Source: Gemmatimonadota bacterium
GTDB lineage: Bacteria > Gemmatimonadota > Gemmatimonadetes > Gemmatimonadales > GWC2-71-9
Direction of reading: 5' to 3'
Length of the DNA stretch: 64,000 bases
Assembly: GCA_025357945.1 (NCBI GenBank)
Contig: JANYLJ010000045.1
Location: forward strand, 10,392-74,391
Made by a program: the position numbers and the translations under genes. This document shows, piece after piece, positions 47,153-57,053 of the stretch (positions are counted from its first letter, which is position 1; each line of letters begins with the position of its first letter). The notes under the pieces are model-generated. The model searched no databases, was not told the DNA's origin, and saw nothing but the letters and a program-made list of their open reading frames with translations.

Positions 47153-47985
47153 AGCAATTGCTCGATCGTCTTCGCCGCATGAGGATCAAGTCCGGACGCG
47201 GCGGCCAAGCGCAGTGCTTCCCTTCCCAATGCGATGTACAAGGCGCGCTCCGACCCCTCGAGTGCTTCGAGATGGCGAGCAACGGTGTCGGCATCGCCAC
47301 GGCTGATCGGTCCGGTCAGGGTTGCGACGCCGCCGGTGCCGTAGTTGGCAAGGGTACGCCGCATCAGCGGCAGGAACAATTCCGCGGACACGCCGTCGGC
47401 GCCGGCGTCGCGCGCCAACCGTGCGGCGATGTCGGCCAGCACGACCAGGTAGTTCGACGCGAAGACCGCACCGGCGTGATACGATGCCTTGCGGTCGCCC
47501 GCGATCTCGATGACCGGCCGGAGATGGAGCAGGTCCGCGAGCTCACGCCCAGTGACCAATGCCCGCGGATCGCCTTCGATCACGGCCGGCGACCCGGCGA
47601 GGGCGCCCGGTTCACCGGCGAGAAGCGAAAAGGTCTGCAGCGGGTGCCACGAGCCCAGAGCGGCGCCGCTGGACTCCAGCGCCGCGAACACCGAACGATC
47701 GTACAGGCCCGAGGTGTGCAACACGACGTGCCGCCCGCCGACCACTCCGCTCCGGGCGAGCGTCAGCGAGACCTGCGCCACGGCGTCATCGGGAACTGCC
47801 ACGATGACAAGATCGGCCGCCGCAATGACGGGATCCCATACGACGGTCGCGGGCTCGAGCGGCTCGGGCAACGCCTCGGCATGCCGGCCGAGGACCGCGA
47901 CCGCGCGGCCCGAACGCACGACGGCGCGTGCGAGCGAGAGCCCGACGCGGCCCGCGCCGATTACCGCGATGCGTTCGATGCTCAC
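47146..47985 (-). CDS. Rossmann-fold NAD(P)-binding protein with DUF2520-like C-terminal domain
   Basis: The sequence includes IAVIGAGRVGLSLA. Its 3' end overlaps the convergent LolA-like gene by 7 nt. Confidence 0.68.
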   Translation of the reverse strand: MSIERIAVIGAGRVGLSLARAVVRSGRAVAVLGRHAEALPEPLEPATVVWDPVIAAADLVIVAVPDDAVAQVSLTLARSGVVGGRHVVLHTSGLYDRSVFAALESSGAALGSWHPLQTFSLLAGEPGALAGSPAVIEGDPRALVTGRELADLLHLRPVIEIAGDRKASYHAGAVFASNYLVVLADIAARLARDAGADGVSAELFLPLMRRTLANYGTGGVATLTGPISRGDADTVARHLEALEGSERALYIALGREALRLAAASGLDPHAAKTIEQLLY

Positions 47986-49583
47986 CTGGCCGAAGGCCCC
48001 CCTGCGACCTGCGCCATGAGGGCAGCCGGGGTCGAACCGTTGCGGAACAGCGCCAGCGCTGCCCGGACCTGGGCATCATCGCGGGTCCGGCGCCGCAATT
48101 CGGCGGCACGGTTGAAGACGTAACGTTCGACTTCGTATGACAATTGCATATCGAGGAGGCGCGCGCCGCCAGCCACCTGTTCAGGCGTCAGCGTCACGTT
48201 TTTCGCCCTCAGCCGAGCCAGCACACCCTGGCGCATGACGTCCGTCACCCGGAAGTCCGGGCTCGTGACGGCGCCCTTCGCCTTGAGGTCAAGCGCCACT
48301 GCCACCAGCGCGTCACGGAATTCCGGCACATGGCCGCCAATGCCCTTGACGAACCCACGCTCCGCGTCGGTAAGCGTATCGGCCCGCACGATCCGATCGG
48401 GGACGATGCCACCGCCACCCTTGACGAGACGGCCGCTGATCGTCTTGAACGACGGCAGCGAATCGAGCCACTTCAGGTCCTTGTGGTTCGCTTCGGCGGT
48501 GGCGAGACCAAGCTGGTCCTCGCCGCTCTTCACCGTGCGCTGGATGGTGCGGCCGCTTGGTGTGAACCACCGGCCAGTGGTGAGCTTGAGGCCCTTCCCT
48601 TCACCAAATGGCCAGAGCGTTTGCACCAGACCCTTGCCGAAGGTCGCCGTGCCCACGATCACCGCCCGGTCGTTGTCCTGCAACGCACCGGCGATGATTT
48701 CTGCGGCACTCGCGGTGAACTCATTCACCAGCACGACCACGGGCAACGTCGGCCAGACCTGCGGCGTGTCGTCGGTGTACAGATGCGTCATGTCTGCCAT
48801 GCGACCGCGCGTCTCCACGATCTTGCGGCCGGCATCAAGGAACAGATCGGACACCCGCACGCCCTGCGTCAGCAGGCCGCCGGGGTTCTCGCGCAAATCC
48901 AGGATCAGTCCCTTGACCCCCTGCTTGAGCAACGCATCGACTTCGCCGCGGAGTTCGCTGGCCGAACTGTCGCTGATCGAGACCAGCGACACGTAGCCGA
49001 TGTCGGTGTCGAGGATCGTTCCCGGTTGTGTCGAGCGATTGTGAATCGTCTCGCGCACCAACGTGAACGGCATTGGCTGCACGATCCCGGGGCGGTGGAC
49101 CTTGAGATCCACCTTGGTTCCGACCGCGCCGCGCAGCGCCTTGACCGCCTTGTCCTGGCTGAGTCCCTGAGTGGATTGCCCGTTCACCGCCTCGATGCGG
49201 TCTCCCGCTACGATTCCGGCGCGCTCCGCCGGGGTTTGCGGCAACGGGGCGACCACCGTGATCCAGCCGTCACGGACGTCGATCTGCATGCCGAGTCCAC
49301 CGTAATTCCCGGAGGTGATCTCGTTCAGCGCGCGATAGTCCTCGTCGACCTCGAGGGAGGAGTACGGATCGTGCAGCTGCTTCACCGCACCGGCGGCAGC
49401 AAGGTCGAACAGGCTGTCGGGCGGGAGCGAGTCGACGTAGTACCGACTCATGTACTGAATGACCGTCTGCAGCAATTCCGGGCCCTTCAACGCGGTCCGG
49501 TCACGCGCTCCCCGCAGCAACCACCCACCGCTCAAGAACGAAACCAACGCGACGAGTACCACAAGTCCCCAGCGCTGCTTCAT
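47982..49583 (-). CDS. S41-family C-terminal processing peptidase (PDZ-containing)
   Basis: The sequence includes a PDZ region (GDRIEAVNG) and NEFTASAAEIIAGALQDNDRAVIVGTATFGKGLVQ. The start is taken at MKQRWGLVVLV. Confidence 0.9.
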   Translation of the reverse strand: MKQRWGLVVLVALVSFLSGGWLLRGARDRTALKGPELLQTVIQYMSRYYVDSLPPDSLFDLAAAGAVKQLHDPYSSLEVDEDYRALNEITSGNYGGLGMQIDVRDGWITVVAPLPQTPAERAGIVAGDRIEAVNGQSTQGLSQDKAVKALRGAVGTKVDLKVHRPGIVQPMPFTLVRETIHNRSTQPGTILDTDIGYVSLVSISDSSASELRGEVDALLKQGVKGLILDLRENPGGLLTQGVRVSDLFLDAGRKIVETRGRMADMTHLYTDDTPQVWPTLPVVVLVNEFTASAAEIIAGALQDNDRAVIVGTATFGKGLVQTLWPFGEGKGLKLTTGRWFTPSGRTIQRTVKSGEDQLGLATAEANHKDLKWLDSLPSFKTISGRLVKGGGGIVPDRIVRADTLTDAERGFVKGIGGHVPEFRDALVAVALDLKAKGAVTSPDFRVTDVMRQGVLARLRAKNVTLTPEQVAGGARLLDMQLSYEVERYVFNRAAELRRRTRDDAQVRAALALFRNGSTPAALMAQVAGGPSAR

Positions 49584-49607
49584 CGAACCCCCCGAAGGCG
49601 TGACCAA

Positions 49608-50249
49608 CTACTCGGTGCGAGACGGGAACTGCCCTGGCCGGGCCGCCGATATCGCGCGCCACGCGGCGGCAAGTACCTCCGCCGGTGACGCCGCCGCCCC
49701 GATATGGTACACCCCGGGCCCGGTGGCGGCGAGGTACGCCGCCGAGATGCGGGCATGGAACGCGGCCGGCTCCCGCTCGATCCGGTCCAACCCCTTCCCT
49801 GCCTCCCGTTGACGTCGCTGGGCTTCAGCCGGTTCGAGGTCGAGCACCAGGGTCAGGTCGGCCACCAGCCCGCCGGTCGCGGCCGCATTGACCCAGCGCA
49901 CCTGTTCCGTGGGCAAGCCCCGCCCCGCGCCCTGATACGCGATGGTGGACAGGTCAAACCGATCGGAGATCACGACCTTGCCGGCAGCGAGCGCTGGCTG
50001 GATGACGCGCGTGACGAGGTCGGCGCGCGCGGTGACCATGTAGAGGAGCTCCATCGCCGGGGTCCAGTCGCGCGCCGCGTCGAGCAGCTCGTGACGGAGC
50101 GCCTCGGCGACTGGGGTGCCGCCCGGTTCATGCACCAGGATCGGGTCGACGCCATCGTCCCGCATCCGTTGATGGAGCGCCCGCGCAAGCGTCGACTTGC
50201 CGGCGGCCTCCGGCCCCTCGAGGACCACGAAAAAACCGCGCGACGTCAA
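49608..50249 (-). CDS. tmk: dTMP kinase
   Basis: The sequence includes FFVVLEGPEAAGKST and DRF. The TTG start overlaps the upstream TGA. Confidence 0.92.
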   Translation of the reverse strand: MTSRGFFVVLEGPEAAGKSTLARALHQRMRDDGVDPILVHEPGGTPVAEALRHELLDAARDWTPAMELLYMVTARADLVTRVIQPALAAGKVVISDRFDLSTIAYQGAGRGLPTEQVRWVNAAATGGLVADLTLVLDLEPAEAQRRQREAGKGLDRIEREPAAFHARISAAYLAATGPGVYHIGAAASPAEVLAAAWRAISAARPGQFPSRTE

Positions 50250-50596
50250 AGCGTGATGATTCCGCTGGTGACGCCGCGCTCCATGCCGTCAGCGATGACC
50301 TGGTTGACGCGCGTCATCAACTTGTCCACGTTCGCACGCGTCACAAGGTAACTCTGGCCGACCGGCGACTGTTCAAAGTCGTGCAGCGTCGTCTCGTACT
50401 CCTGTGCCTTGGCTTCCTCGGGCGATTGCCCCTGCGCCATCATCTGGTCGAATTCGCGGGTGAGCCGCGAGATGATTTCCAGGCGCTTCTGCGCCTCGAC
50501 GTCGTCGCGCAGCGCTTGCTCGGCCCGGCGCAACGCCTGGTACTCCGGCGCCTGGCCAATCAACCGGCCGAGTTCTTGCGCCCTGTCGTCGATCAT
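50246..50596 (-). CDS. YlbF/YmcA-family (UPF0342-like) helical protein
   Basis: It is 116 aa, helical, and contains APEYQALRRAEQAL...VEAQKRLE...NVDKLMTRVNQVI. The family call is from memory. Confidence 0.6.
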   Translation of the reverse strand: MIDDRAQELGRLIGQAPEYQALRRAEQALRDDVEAQKRLEIISRLTREFDQMMAQGQSPEEAKAQEYETTLHDFEQSPVGQSYLVTRANVDKLMTRVNQVIADGMERGVTSGIITL

Positions 50597-51447
50597 GAAG
50601 TACTCCCTCGCCGCGCGAGCACGTAGCGCGCACGGCCGAACAGGTCATCGAGCACGGTGACACTTTCCCAACCCGCGGCAGTCGCGATTCGACCGGTAGC
50701 CTCGGCGCGACGGCAATCCACTTCCAGCGCGATCCAGCCAGTCGGCGTCACAACGGATCGCGCATCATGCAACAGGCGCCGCACGAGGCGCTGGCCGTCG
50801 TCACCACCTACGAGTGCCAAGGCGGGCTCATAATCTCGCACCGACCGGTCCAGACTGTCATATTCGGCTTGGGTCAGGTACGGCGGATTGGACACCAACA
50901 GGTTCACCTGACGGCCGGCCAGCGGGGCCACCAGATCACCTTCCAGCCAGGTCACCGGCCGGCCCGATGCCATGCCGTTGCTGCAGGCGAGCGCGAGTGC
51001 CTCGGGCGACACGTCGACGCCGATCACGTCAGCGAACTCACCCTCGTCGCTCAGCGCCAGCGCGATCGCACCGGTTCCCGTGCCGATGTCGACGGCAAGC
51101 CCGCTGCGGGCTCGTGCCAACGCCACGTCAACCAGACCTTCGGTTTCCGGCCGGGGGATCAACGCTCGGCGATCGCAGTGCAGCGTCAGCCGCCGGAATC
51201 CGGTCCAGCCGGTGATGTACGCTACCGGCTCACCAGCGAGGCGGCGGCGGATACTGTCACGAAATCGGCTCGCCGCTTCGGCACCGACCGGCTCGGCCCC
51301 GGCCAGGGTGGCCATCGCCGCGGTGCGGTCGTGGCCGTCGGACCAGAGGCGGAACGCCTCACGCCGCGGCTCCACGACCCCGGCGCGGCTGAGGGCGCCG
51401 GTGCCCCAGGCGAGGAGTTCTCCCAATGTCTGGACCACGTCAACCAT
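50593..51447 (-). CDS. prmC: Release-factor glutamine N5-methyltransferase
   Basis: The sequence includes the SAM motif VDIGTGTGAIAL and the catalytic VSNPPYL. The start is at MVDVVQTLG, overlapping the prfA 3' end by 8 nt. Confidence 0.9.
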   Translation of the reverse strand: MVDVVQTLGELLAWGTGALSRAGVVEPRREAFRLWSDGHDRTAAMATLAGAEPVGAEAASRFRDSIRRRLAGEPVAYITGWTGFRRLTLHCDRRALIPRPETEGLVDVALARARSGLAVDIGTGTGAIALALSDEGEFADVIGVDVSPEALALACSNGMASGRPVTWLEGDLVAPLAGRQVNLLVSNPPYLTQAEYDSLDRSVRDYEPALALVGGDDGQRLVRRLLHDARSVVTPTGWIALEVDCRRAEATGRIATAAGWESVTVLDDLFGRARYVLARRGSTS

Positions 51448-52498
51448 CGCTGTTTTCCTGGCGCGCCGCGAGCCGAAGCGCGTTGACGAGATCGTCGAGC
51501 TTGCCATCCATCACGTCGGCGAGGTTGTGCACCGAGAGATTGATCCGGTGATCGGTGACGCGACTCTGCGGAAAGTTGTAGGTGCGAATCTTGGCCGAAC
51601 GGTCGCCGGTGCCGACCATCGATCGCCGCTCGGCCGAACGCGACGCTTCCTGCTCGGCGATCATACGATCGAGCAGGCGTGCCCGCAGTACGTCCATCGC
51701 CTTCATCTTGTTCTGCAACTGCGACTTCTGGTCCTGCTGTTGCACGACCAGGCCACTCGGCAAGTGGGTGATCCGCACGGCGGAATCCGTGGTGTTGACA
51801 CTCTGTCCGCCGGGGCCCGAGGAACGGAACACGTCGATCTTGAGGTCATTGGCATCGATGCGCACGTCGATCTCTTCCGCTTCCGGCATTGCCGCGACGG
51901 TGGCCGCCGAGGTGTGAATCCGCCCCTGCGTCTCGGTGCTCGGGACCCGCTGGACGCGATGCACGCCGGACTCGCGGCGCATCCAGCCGTAGGCGCCAGT
52001 GCCCCGGATCGCGACGATGGCCTCGCGAATCCCGCCCACGCTGCCGGCGTGGACCTCGATCGGCTCGACCTTGAGGCCGCGACGTTCGCTGAAACGGGTG
52101 TACATGCGCAACAGTTCCCCGGCGAACAAGCCCGCTTCGTCGCCACCAGTGCCAGCCCGGATTTCCAGGATCACGTCCCGGTCTTCCAGCGGATCCGGTG
52201 GCACCAGCAGTTCCTGGATTTCGGCGCGAATTGGTTCGATGTCGGTGGTGAGCCGATCGAGTTCTTCGTTGGCGAGTGCCATCATCTCCGGGTCACCGGA
52301 CGATGCCATTTCCTGGGCACCGGCGAGCTCGCGCTCGAGTCGCGCCAACGACTCGGCCGCGCGCACCATCGGGACGAGCCGTGCGTGTTCGCGGCCGAGC
52401 GACTTCAGTTTGGCGGTGTCAGCCGCAGTCGCGGGCTCGGCGAGCTGGCGGGCGACCTCCTCCGCCCGCGCGAGCGCCTGGCGGAGTCGGGGGTCCAT
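51440..52498 (-). CDS. prfA: Peptide chain release factor 1
   Basis: The sequence includes SGPGGQSVNTTDSAVRITHLPSG and a PxT-type region. Confidence 0.96.
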   Translation of the reverse strand: MDPRLRQALARAEEVARQLAEPATAADTAKLKSLGREHARLVPMVRAAESLARLERELAGAQEMASSGDPEMMALANEELDRLTTDIEPIRAEIQELLVPPDPLEDRDVILEIRAGTGGDEAGLFAGELLRMYTRFSERRGLKVEPIEVHAGSVGGIREAIVAIRGTGAYGWMRRESGVHRVQRVPSTETQGRIHTSAATVAAMPEAEEIDVRIDANDLKIDVFRSSGPGGQSVNTTDSAVRITHLPSGLVVQQQDQKSQLQNKMKAMDVLRARLLDRMIAEQEASRSAERRSMVGTGDRSAKIRTYNFPQSRVTDHRINLSVHNLADVMDGKLDDLVNALRLAARQENSDG

Positions 52499-52526
52499 TC
52501 CTTCGCTCGCGCTCAGGACAGGCCGA

Positions 52527-52802
52527 TCAGGACGGTGCGGTGGGTTCCGTCGCAGGCGCCGTCGCGTCCGTCGCCGGCGCTGTGGCGTACTTGCGGCGGA
52601 AGCGATCGACGCGACCCGCGGTGTCGATCAGGCGCTGCTTGCCGGTGAAGTACGGGTGGCACAGGGCACACACTTCCACGCTGATTCCCTTGGCGGTGCT
52701 GCGGGTCTCGAAGGTGTTGCCGCACTGACAATGCGCAGTGATGGTCTGGTAGACGGGGTGCAGATTCGGCTTCACTGGATGCCTCACAGTTTGGAGAGCC
52801 AT
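52527..52802 (-). CDS. rpmE: 50S ribosomal protein L31 (Zn-ribbon type A) with Ala/Thr/Pro-rich C-terminal tail
   Basis: The sequence includes LHPVYQTITAHCQCGNTFETRST...VCALCHPYFTGKQR and the tail ATAPATDATAPATEPTAPS. The start is at MALQTV rather than the ORF start at 52865. Confidence 0.9.
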   Translation of the reverse strand: MALQTVRHPVKPNLHPVYQTITAHCQCGNTFETRSTAKGISVEVCALCHPYFTGKQRLIDTAGRVDRFRRKYATAPATDATAPATEPTAPS

Positions 52803-52904
52803 GGTCCCGGGGCGGCACCATGATAGCCATGCAAGATAGTCAGGGTTCGGGCCTAATTGCAGCACTTGGAGCTGGACGCTCGTCCAATCCGACGCTCCCG
52901 GCTG

Positions 52905-54167
52905 CTAGCTCGCAGCCCCCCGGCCCTCATTCCGTCTGTGCCACCCCCGCAACGCCTCCAGGGCGGCGACGAAGGTCGGCAGGGCGGTAAGCTGGGCGAG
53001 AATCGCAGTCTGCTGGCCGCTGACCTGCGGCAGGAAGGCCAGCAACCCGCCGATCGCCACCGACAACATCAGGGCCATGACGACCCGGGGAACCCACGGC
53101 CGCGGGCGCCGGTCGCCGCGGTACCAGAACGACGAAACCAGCGCCAGGGCAAGCGGGGAGAGGAGGAGCAGGTGCCGATTGGCCCAGGTCGCCACGTGGT
53201 CGGTGAAGAGCCAGAAGAAGAGCAGCGTCAGTCCACCAACGCCGACCAGCAACATCCAGGCGCCACCGACCACTCGACCGACCAGCGCGATGCGTCGCTG
53301 CGATTCGGTCAACCGGATCAGTGCGGCGACGGCAAGGCTGATCCCGATCAGCGCGCCACCCCATGCCGGCGGCGCCGCGTCCACATGATACGCGTTCATG
53401 TTGAGCAACGAGATCTCGCGCTTGACGAGCGGCCGGTCCCGACCGTCGGGACCGGCGATCGTCAACTCGCGCATGCGCTGCTGCACCTTGGCCGGCAGGA
53501 ACATCTCGTCCCACTGGTCGAGCGGGCGATCGACGTGCGGGCCGAAGGCGGCATTGATTCCGACAAAAAGCAGCTTGTCGTTGGTGATCGAGCGGAGCGT
53601 GTGAAAGCGGAGCGTCCCGTCAGCCGGCTTGGCCGTCGTTGCCCGCTTCAACGCGCCGCCGAGCTCGAGATCGAGCATGTCGCGTACGCGCGTGGAGCAG
53701 TTGTCGCGGAAGTAGTCGTAGGCGTAATACCTGTTGGCGTCGAGGGCATTGACCGCGAGCCGCGACGCGAGGTCGGCCCGTTGACTCGGAGCAAAATCCA
53801 GCTCCTGTACTGTCACGTCGCGCTTGCGATTGCGGTAGGTCAGCAACGTGTTGTCGAGGTCATCGTAACCCAACCAGTATTGCTGCGGGCCCATCGCAAA
53901 GCGGGCGCCGAACACGGCGAGGCCGGCAACGGTTCCGGGAAAACTGAACATCCCGTAGTTATAGACGAGGTCGGTGTGGCCGACGGTATCGCGGATCCAG
54001 ATGGCGTTATGACCGAAGCGTTCGTAGATGTCGGCGCCAGCGCCCATGGTCATCAGGTAGACCTGGAGGTTGGTACCGGGAGGCGTCGCCGGCTGCTGGG
54101 CTCCCAGTTGCGTTGCGGCGGAGAACAGCACCAGCAGGGGCCACACCGGTTTCATGGCGCTATGCAC
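52905..54167 (-). CDS. DUF4105-domain protein with C-terminal multi-TM region
   Basis: There is a signal peptide, then YLMTMGAGADIYERFGHNAIWIRD...DLVYNYGMFSF, which fits the DUF4105 pattern. Four or five C-terminal TM helices follow. Confidence 0.7.
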   Translation of the reverse strand: MHSAMKPVWPLLVLFSAATQLGAQQPATPPGTNLQVYLMTMGAGADIYERFGHNAIWIRDTVGHTDLVYNYGMFSFPGTVAGLAVFGARFAMGPQQYWLGYDDLDNTLLTYRNRKRDVTVQELDFAPSQRADLASRLAVNALDANRYYAYDYFRDNCSTRVRDMLDLELGGALKRATTAKPADGTLRFHTLRSITNDKLLFVGINAAFGPHVDRPLDQWDEMFLPAKVQQRMRELTIAGPDGRDRPLVKREISLLNMNAYHVDAAPPAWGGALIGISLAVAALIRLTESQRRIALVGRVVGGAWMLLVGVGGLTLLFFWLFTDHVATWANRHLLLLSPLALALVSSFWYRGDRRPRPWVPRVVMALMLSVAIGGLLAFLPQVSGQQTAILAQLTALPTFVAALEALRGWHRRNEGRGAAS

Positions 54168-54203
54168 GAGGCGTTGCGGCGGCAGCGCGGTGACACCATC
54201 GCG

Positions 54204-55217
54204 TCATAGCGTCACCGCCTTCCCCTGTTCCCCTGACTCGTAGATCGCTTCCATCACCTTGAGGAGCGTGACCTGTTCCTGCAGCGATGGCGCTGGCGAC
54301 TCGCCGCGCACCGCGGCGACGAAGTGCGCCCACTGGGCGCGCAGGCCGAGTGCAAACGGTGTCTCGCGTGAGTGCGCACCGGACGAGACCACGTCCTGCG
54401 CGACACCATGAAAATCCTTCCAGATCGCGAGCGGGTTGATGTGGGCCGAGCCTTTCGCCGCGCGAACGGCAAGCCCGAGCCGCTCGCCCGGACCCACAAA
54501 GCGCCACGACACGTCAAGATGCACGGACACGCCACCTGCGAGCCCGATCATCGCGGTGCCGGACGGCTCGACACCCTTCTCGCGACCGCGTTCCGGAAAG
54601 ATTGCCATGACGCGCTCGACGGCGGCGAAGCCGGCGAGCCAGAGCGCCAGATCGAGCATGCCGAGACCGAGATCGAGCATGGCGCCGCCGCCAGCGAGCT
54701 CCTTCTTCTGACGCCAGCCGAGGCCGACTCGGCCCGCGCGCGCCGTGAACCACCAGGCGCGGATCGATTCGAGGTCGCCGAGCTCGCCGCTCTGGACGAA
54801 CGAACGGATCTGCTGGACATCGGGTCGGTAGCGGTGGTTCGCCCCGATCATGAGGATGCGTTCGCGGCGCTGCGCCGACTTGACGAGCTTCTGCGCGCCG
54901 GCGGACGTCAGCGCGAGCGGTCGCTCGACGAAGACGTGGAGTCCCGATGCCAGGGCGGCCTGGATGTGTGGTTCGTGCAGGTGGCTCGGCGTGCAGATGA
55001 GCAGCGCGTCGAGGTTTTCCTCGTACTCGACCAGCTCTTCGATGTCGGTGTACGCGTCGGGAACGCCGAAGCGATCGGCCAGTGCCCGGGCCTTCGGCAG
55101 GTCGGTGTCACAGATGCCGACGACCTCGATATCCTTGACGCGCTTGAGCGCGGGAAGATGGCCGACCTGCGTGACGGCCCCTGCTCCGACGATGCCGAGC
55201 CGCAACCGTTCTGCCAT
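54204..55217 (-). CDS. Gfo/Idh/MocA-family oxidoreductase
   Basis: The N-terminus LRLGIVGAGAVTQVGHLPAL is a Rossmann motif, followed by ...VFVERPLA. Confidence 0.88.
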   Translation of the reverse strand: MAERLRLGIVGAGAVTQVGHLPALKRVKDIEVVGICDTDLPKARALADRFGVPDAYTDIEELVEYEENLDALLICTPSHLHEPHIQAALASGLHVFVERPLALTSAGAQKLVKSAQRRERILMIGANHRYRPDVQQIRSFVQSGELGDLESIRAWWFTARAGRVGLGWRQKKELAGGGAMLDLGLGMLDLALWLAGFAAVERVMAIFPERGREKGVEPSGTAMIGLAGGVSVHLDVSWRFVGPGERLGLAVRAAKGSAHINPLAIWKDFHGVAQDVVSSGAHSRETPFALGLRAQWAHFVAAVRGESPAPSLQEQVTLLKVMEAIYESGEQGKAVTL

Positions 55218-55235
55218 GGGTCGTCCTTTCGGTCT

Positions 55236-56552
55236 TCAATAGAGGCGCTGGACCTGCGTACCCGGAAAGTAGCTTGTCAGGATCGTCCCGACGTCCTGGC
55301 CCGCCCGGGCGCGCCCGATCGCGCCCCACTGGCACATCCCGACGCCGTGCCCGTTGCCGCGACCGTCGATGTCGACGCGCTCGATCTTCCCGCCGGTGCG
55401 GGTGATCCTGATCGTGAAATCGGTGCTCCGCAGCAGCCCGCCGTCCGAGGGTGAAAGCACGCGACGCATCGCCTGTCCGGCGACGACCGTTCGGCCATTG
55501 CGGCCCACCAGCACGAGGCTCGCGATCCGCCCCGTGGCGGTGCGATCGATCACCCGCAGGTCACGGAGGTCGTTGGCGCGAGCGACGGCCAAGTGCTCGG
55601 CGGGAAGGGTTCGGCGGAGCGTGGTGGCGAGCTGGCTCGCCGTCCAGCCAGCGGTCCAGTGGAAACGCGGTGACGTGGCGCACCAGGGCGTACCGGTCGG
55701 ATCGCGATCCTCGATCGAGCGCAGGTACGGCCGGCTGGCACCGGCGAAGGCCGCGGTGCCATCCTCGGTGCGCCCGCCGCACGTCGAGAAGTAGAATGCG
55801 TCGATCGGCTGGTTGTCCCACGTGAGGATCTGGCCCCGGGTGGCGGCGACCGCCGCCGTTGCCAGCACGTTCTCGTTCAACGCACCACCGTACGCCTGAT
55901 CATTCACGGTGCCGACCAGGTCGAAGCCGTGATCTTTCCAGCGCCCCTGATTGCGAATCGCGTAGGTGCGCGACACGATCGCCTGCGCCTTGAGCGCCTC
56001 GATTTCATCGCCAGCGCGCGCCCCCATCTCGGTGCCAACGACACCGGCGAGATACTGCTCCAGCGGGACCACATTCACCACGACCAAGCCACTGTCGCCG
56101 CGGCGTAATTCCAACGTACCGCGGTACGTACGCCCGTTGAGGCGCATGGTACCGCCGCTATCGGCTGGCCGGATCACCAACGCCCGCCGCTCGATCCGCG
56201 AGCCGCTCCCCGAGAGCGCGACCGCCGACCCCCGGAACGTGACATTCAGGGTCGATCCGGCCGCGACGGTGCGGAGGTCACCTTCCGCGGGATCCTCGAC
56301 GCGCAACGCGTCGCCGCCGATCGTCGCCTGACGAACATTCACCAGCAGGCCGATCCGGAAATCGGGGTCCCGGGTCTCGGCAACCGGCACGGGTGCGGTT
56401 TCCGGCTGCGCGCACGAGCCGACCGCAAGCAGCAAGAGCGCGAAAATTGCCGTGTGACGGGTCCGTCCGGCGGCGCATCGGTCGCCGAAGTTGCGACCGG
56501 TGTCGCGGGTGGATTCATCACATCGCATCGCGCGAACTCCGGATGCGGTCAC
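55236..56552 (-). CDS. SpoIID/LytB-domain protein (peptidoglycan remodelling)
   Basis: The sequence includes ALKAQAIVSRTYAI, FYFSTCGGRTED and GHGVGMCQWGA. The start (GTG 56552 or ATG 56528) is uncertain. Confidence 0.85.
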   Translation of the reverse strand: MTASGVRAMRCDESTRDTGRNFGDRCAAGRTRHTAIFALLLLAVGSCAQPETAPVPVAETRDPDFRIGLLVNVRQATIGGDALRVEDPAEGDLRTVAAGSTLNVTFRGSAVALSGSGSRIERRALVIRPADSGGTMRLNGRTYRGTLELRRGDSGLVVVNVVPLEQYLAGVVGTEMGARAGDEIEALKAQAIVSRTYAIRNQGRWKDHGFDLVGTVNDQAYGGALNENVLATAAVAATRGQILTWDNQPIDAFYFSTCGGRTEDGTAAFAGASRPYLRSIEDRDPTGTPWCATSPRFHWTAGWTASQLATTLRRTLPAEHLAVARANDLRDLRVIDRTATGRIASLVLVGRNGRTVVAGQAMRRVLSPSDGGLLRSTDFTIRITRTGGKIERVDIDGRGNGHGVGMCQWGAIGRARAGQDVGTILTSYFPGTQVQRLY

Positions 56553-57052
56553 CCGCGATAGTTGCCAAACTTGAGTTCGACGTCGAACTCCTGGCCACGC
56601 AAAAAGGCCATCACCGCCTGCAACTCGTCGCGCGAGGGCGAGGTCACGCGCAGCTCCTCGCCCTGAATCGTCGACTGCACCTTCTTGAAGCCACCCTCCT
56701 TGATCGCTTTCTGGATCTTCTTGGCAACGTCGGTGGGAATGCCCTGCGTCAGCGTCAGCACCTGGCGCACTGAACTCATCGTGCCGATGATCGGGTCGCC
56801 GACCTTGAGGTTCTTCACCGGGACGCCGCGCTTGATCAGGCGGAGTTGCACCACGTCGAGCAGTGCGTCCATGCGGAGTTCATCGTCCGCCAGCAGCGCG
56901 ATCGTCGCGTTCGTCCGGTCGAAATCCACGGTACAATGGGTGCCCTTGAAGTCGTAGCGGCCAGCGACCTCCTTGATCGACTGGTTGACGGCGTTGTCCA
57001 CTTCCTGGAGGTCGGCGCCCGTGGAAATGTCGAATGAGGAATTCGCGGCCAT
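56549..57052 (-). CDS. YajQ-family (UPF0234) nucleotide / cyclic-di-GMP-binding protein
   Basis: The sequence includes SFDISTGADLQEVDNAVNQSIKEVAGRYDFKG ... EFDVELKFGNYR. The start is at MAANSSFD. Confidence 0.9.
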   Translation of the reverse strand: MAANSSFDISTGADLQEVDNAVNQSIKEVAGRYDFKGTHCTVDFDRTNATIALLADDELRMDALLDVVQLRLIKRGVPVKNLKVGDPIIGTMSSVRQVLTLTQGIPTDVAKKIQKAIKEGGFKKVQSTIQGEELRVTSPSRDELQAVMAFLRGQEFDVELKFGNYRG

Positions 57053-57053
57053 G

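Noticed and set aside
52873-52886. The inverted repeat TGGACG-CT-CGTCCA lies upstream of rpmE and could be an operator.
   Set aside because: The arms are only 6 bp. On the order of ten or more such inverted repeats are expected by chance in 64 kb, and I saw no second copy.
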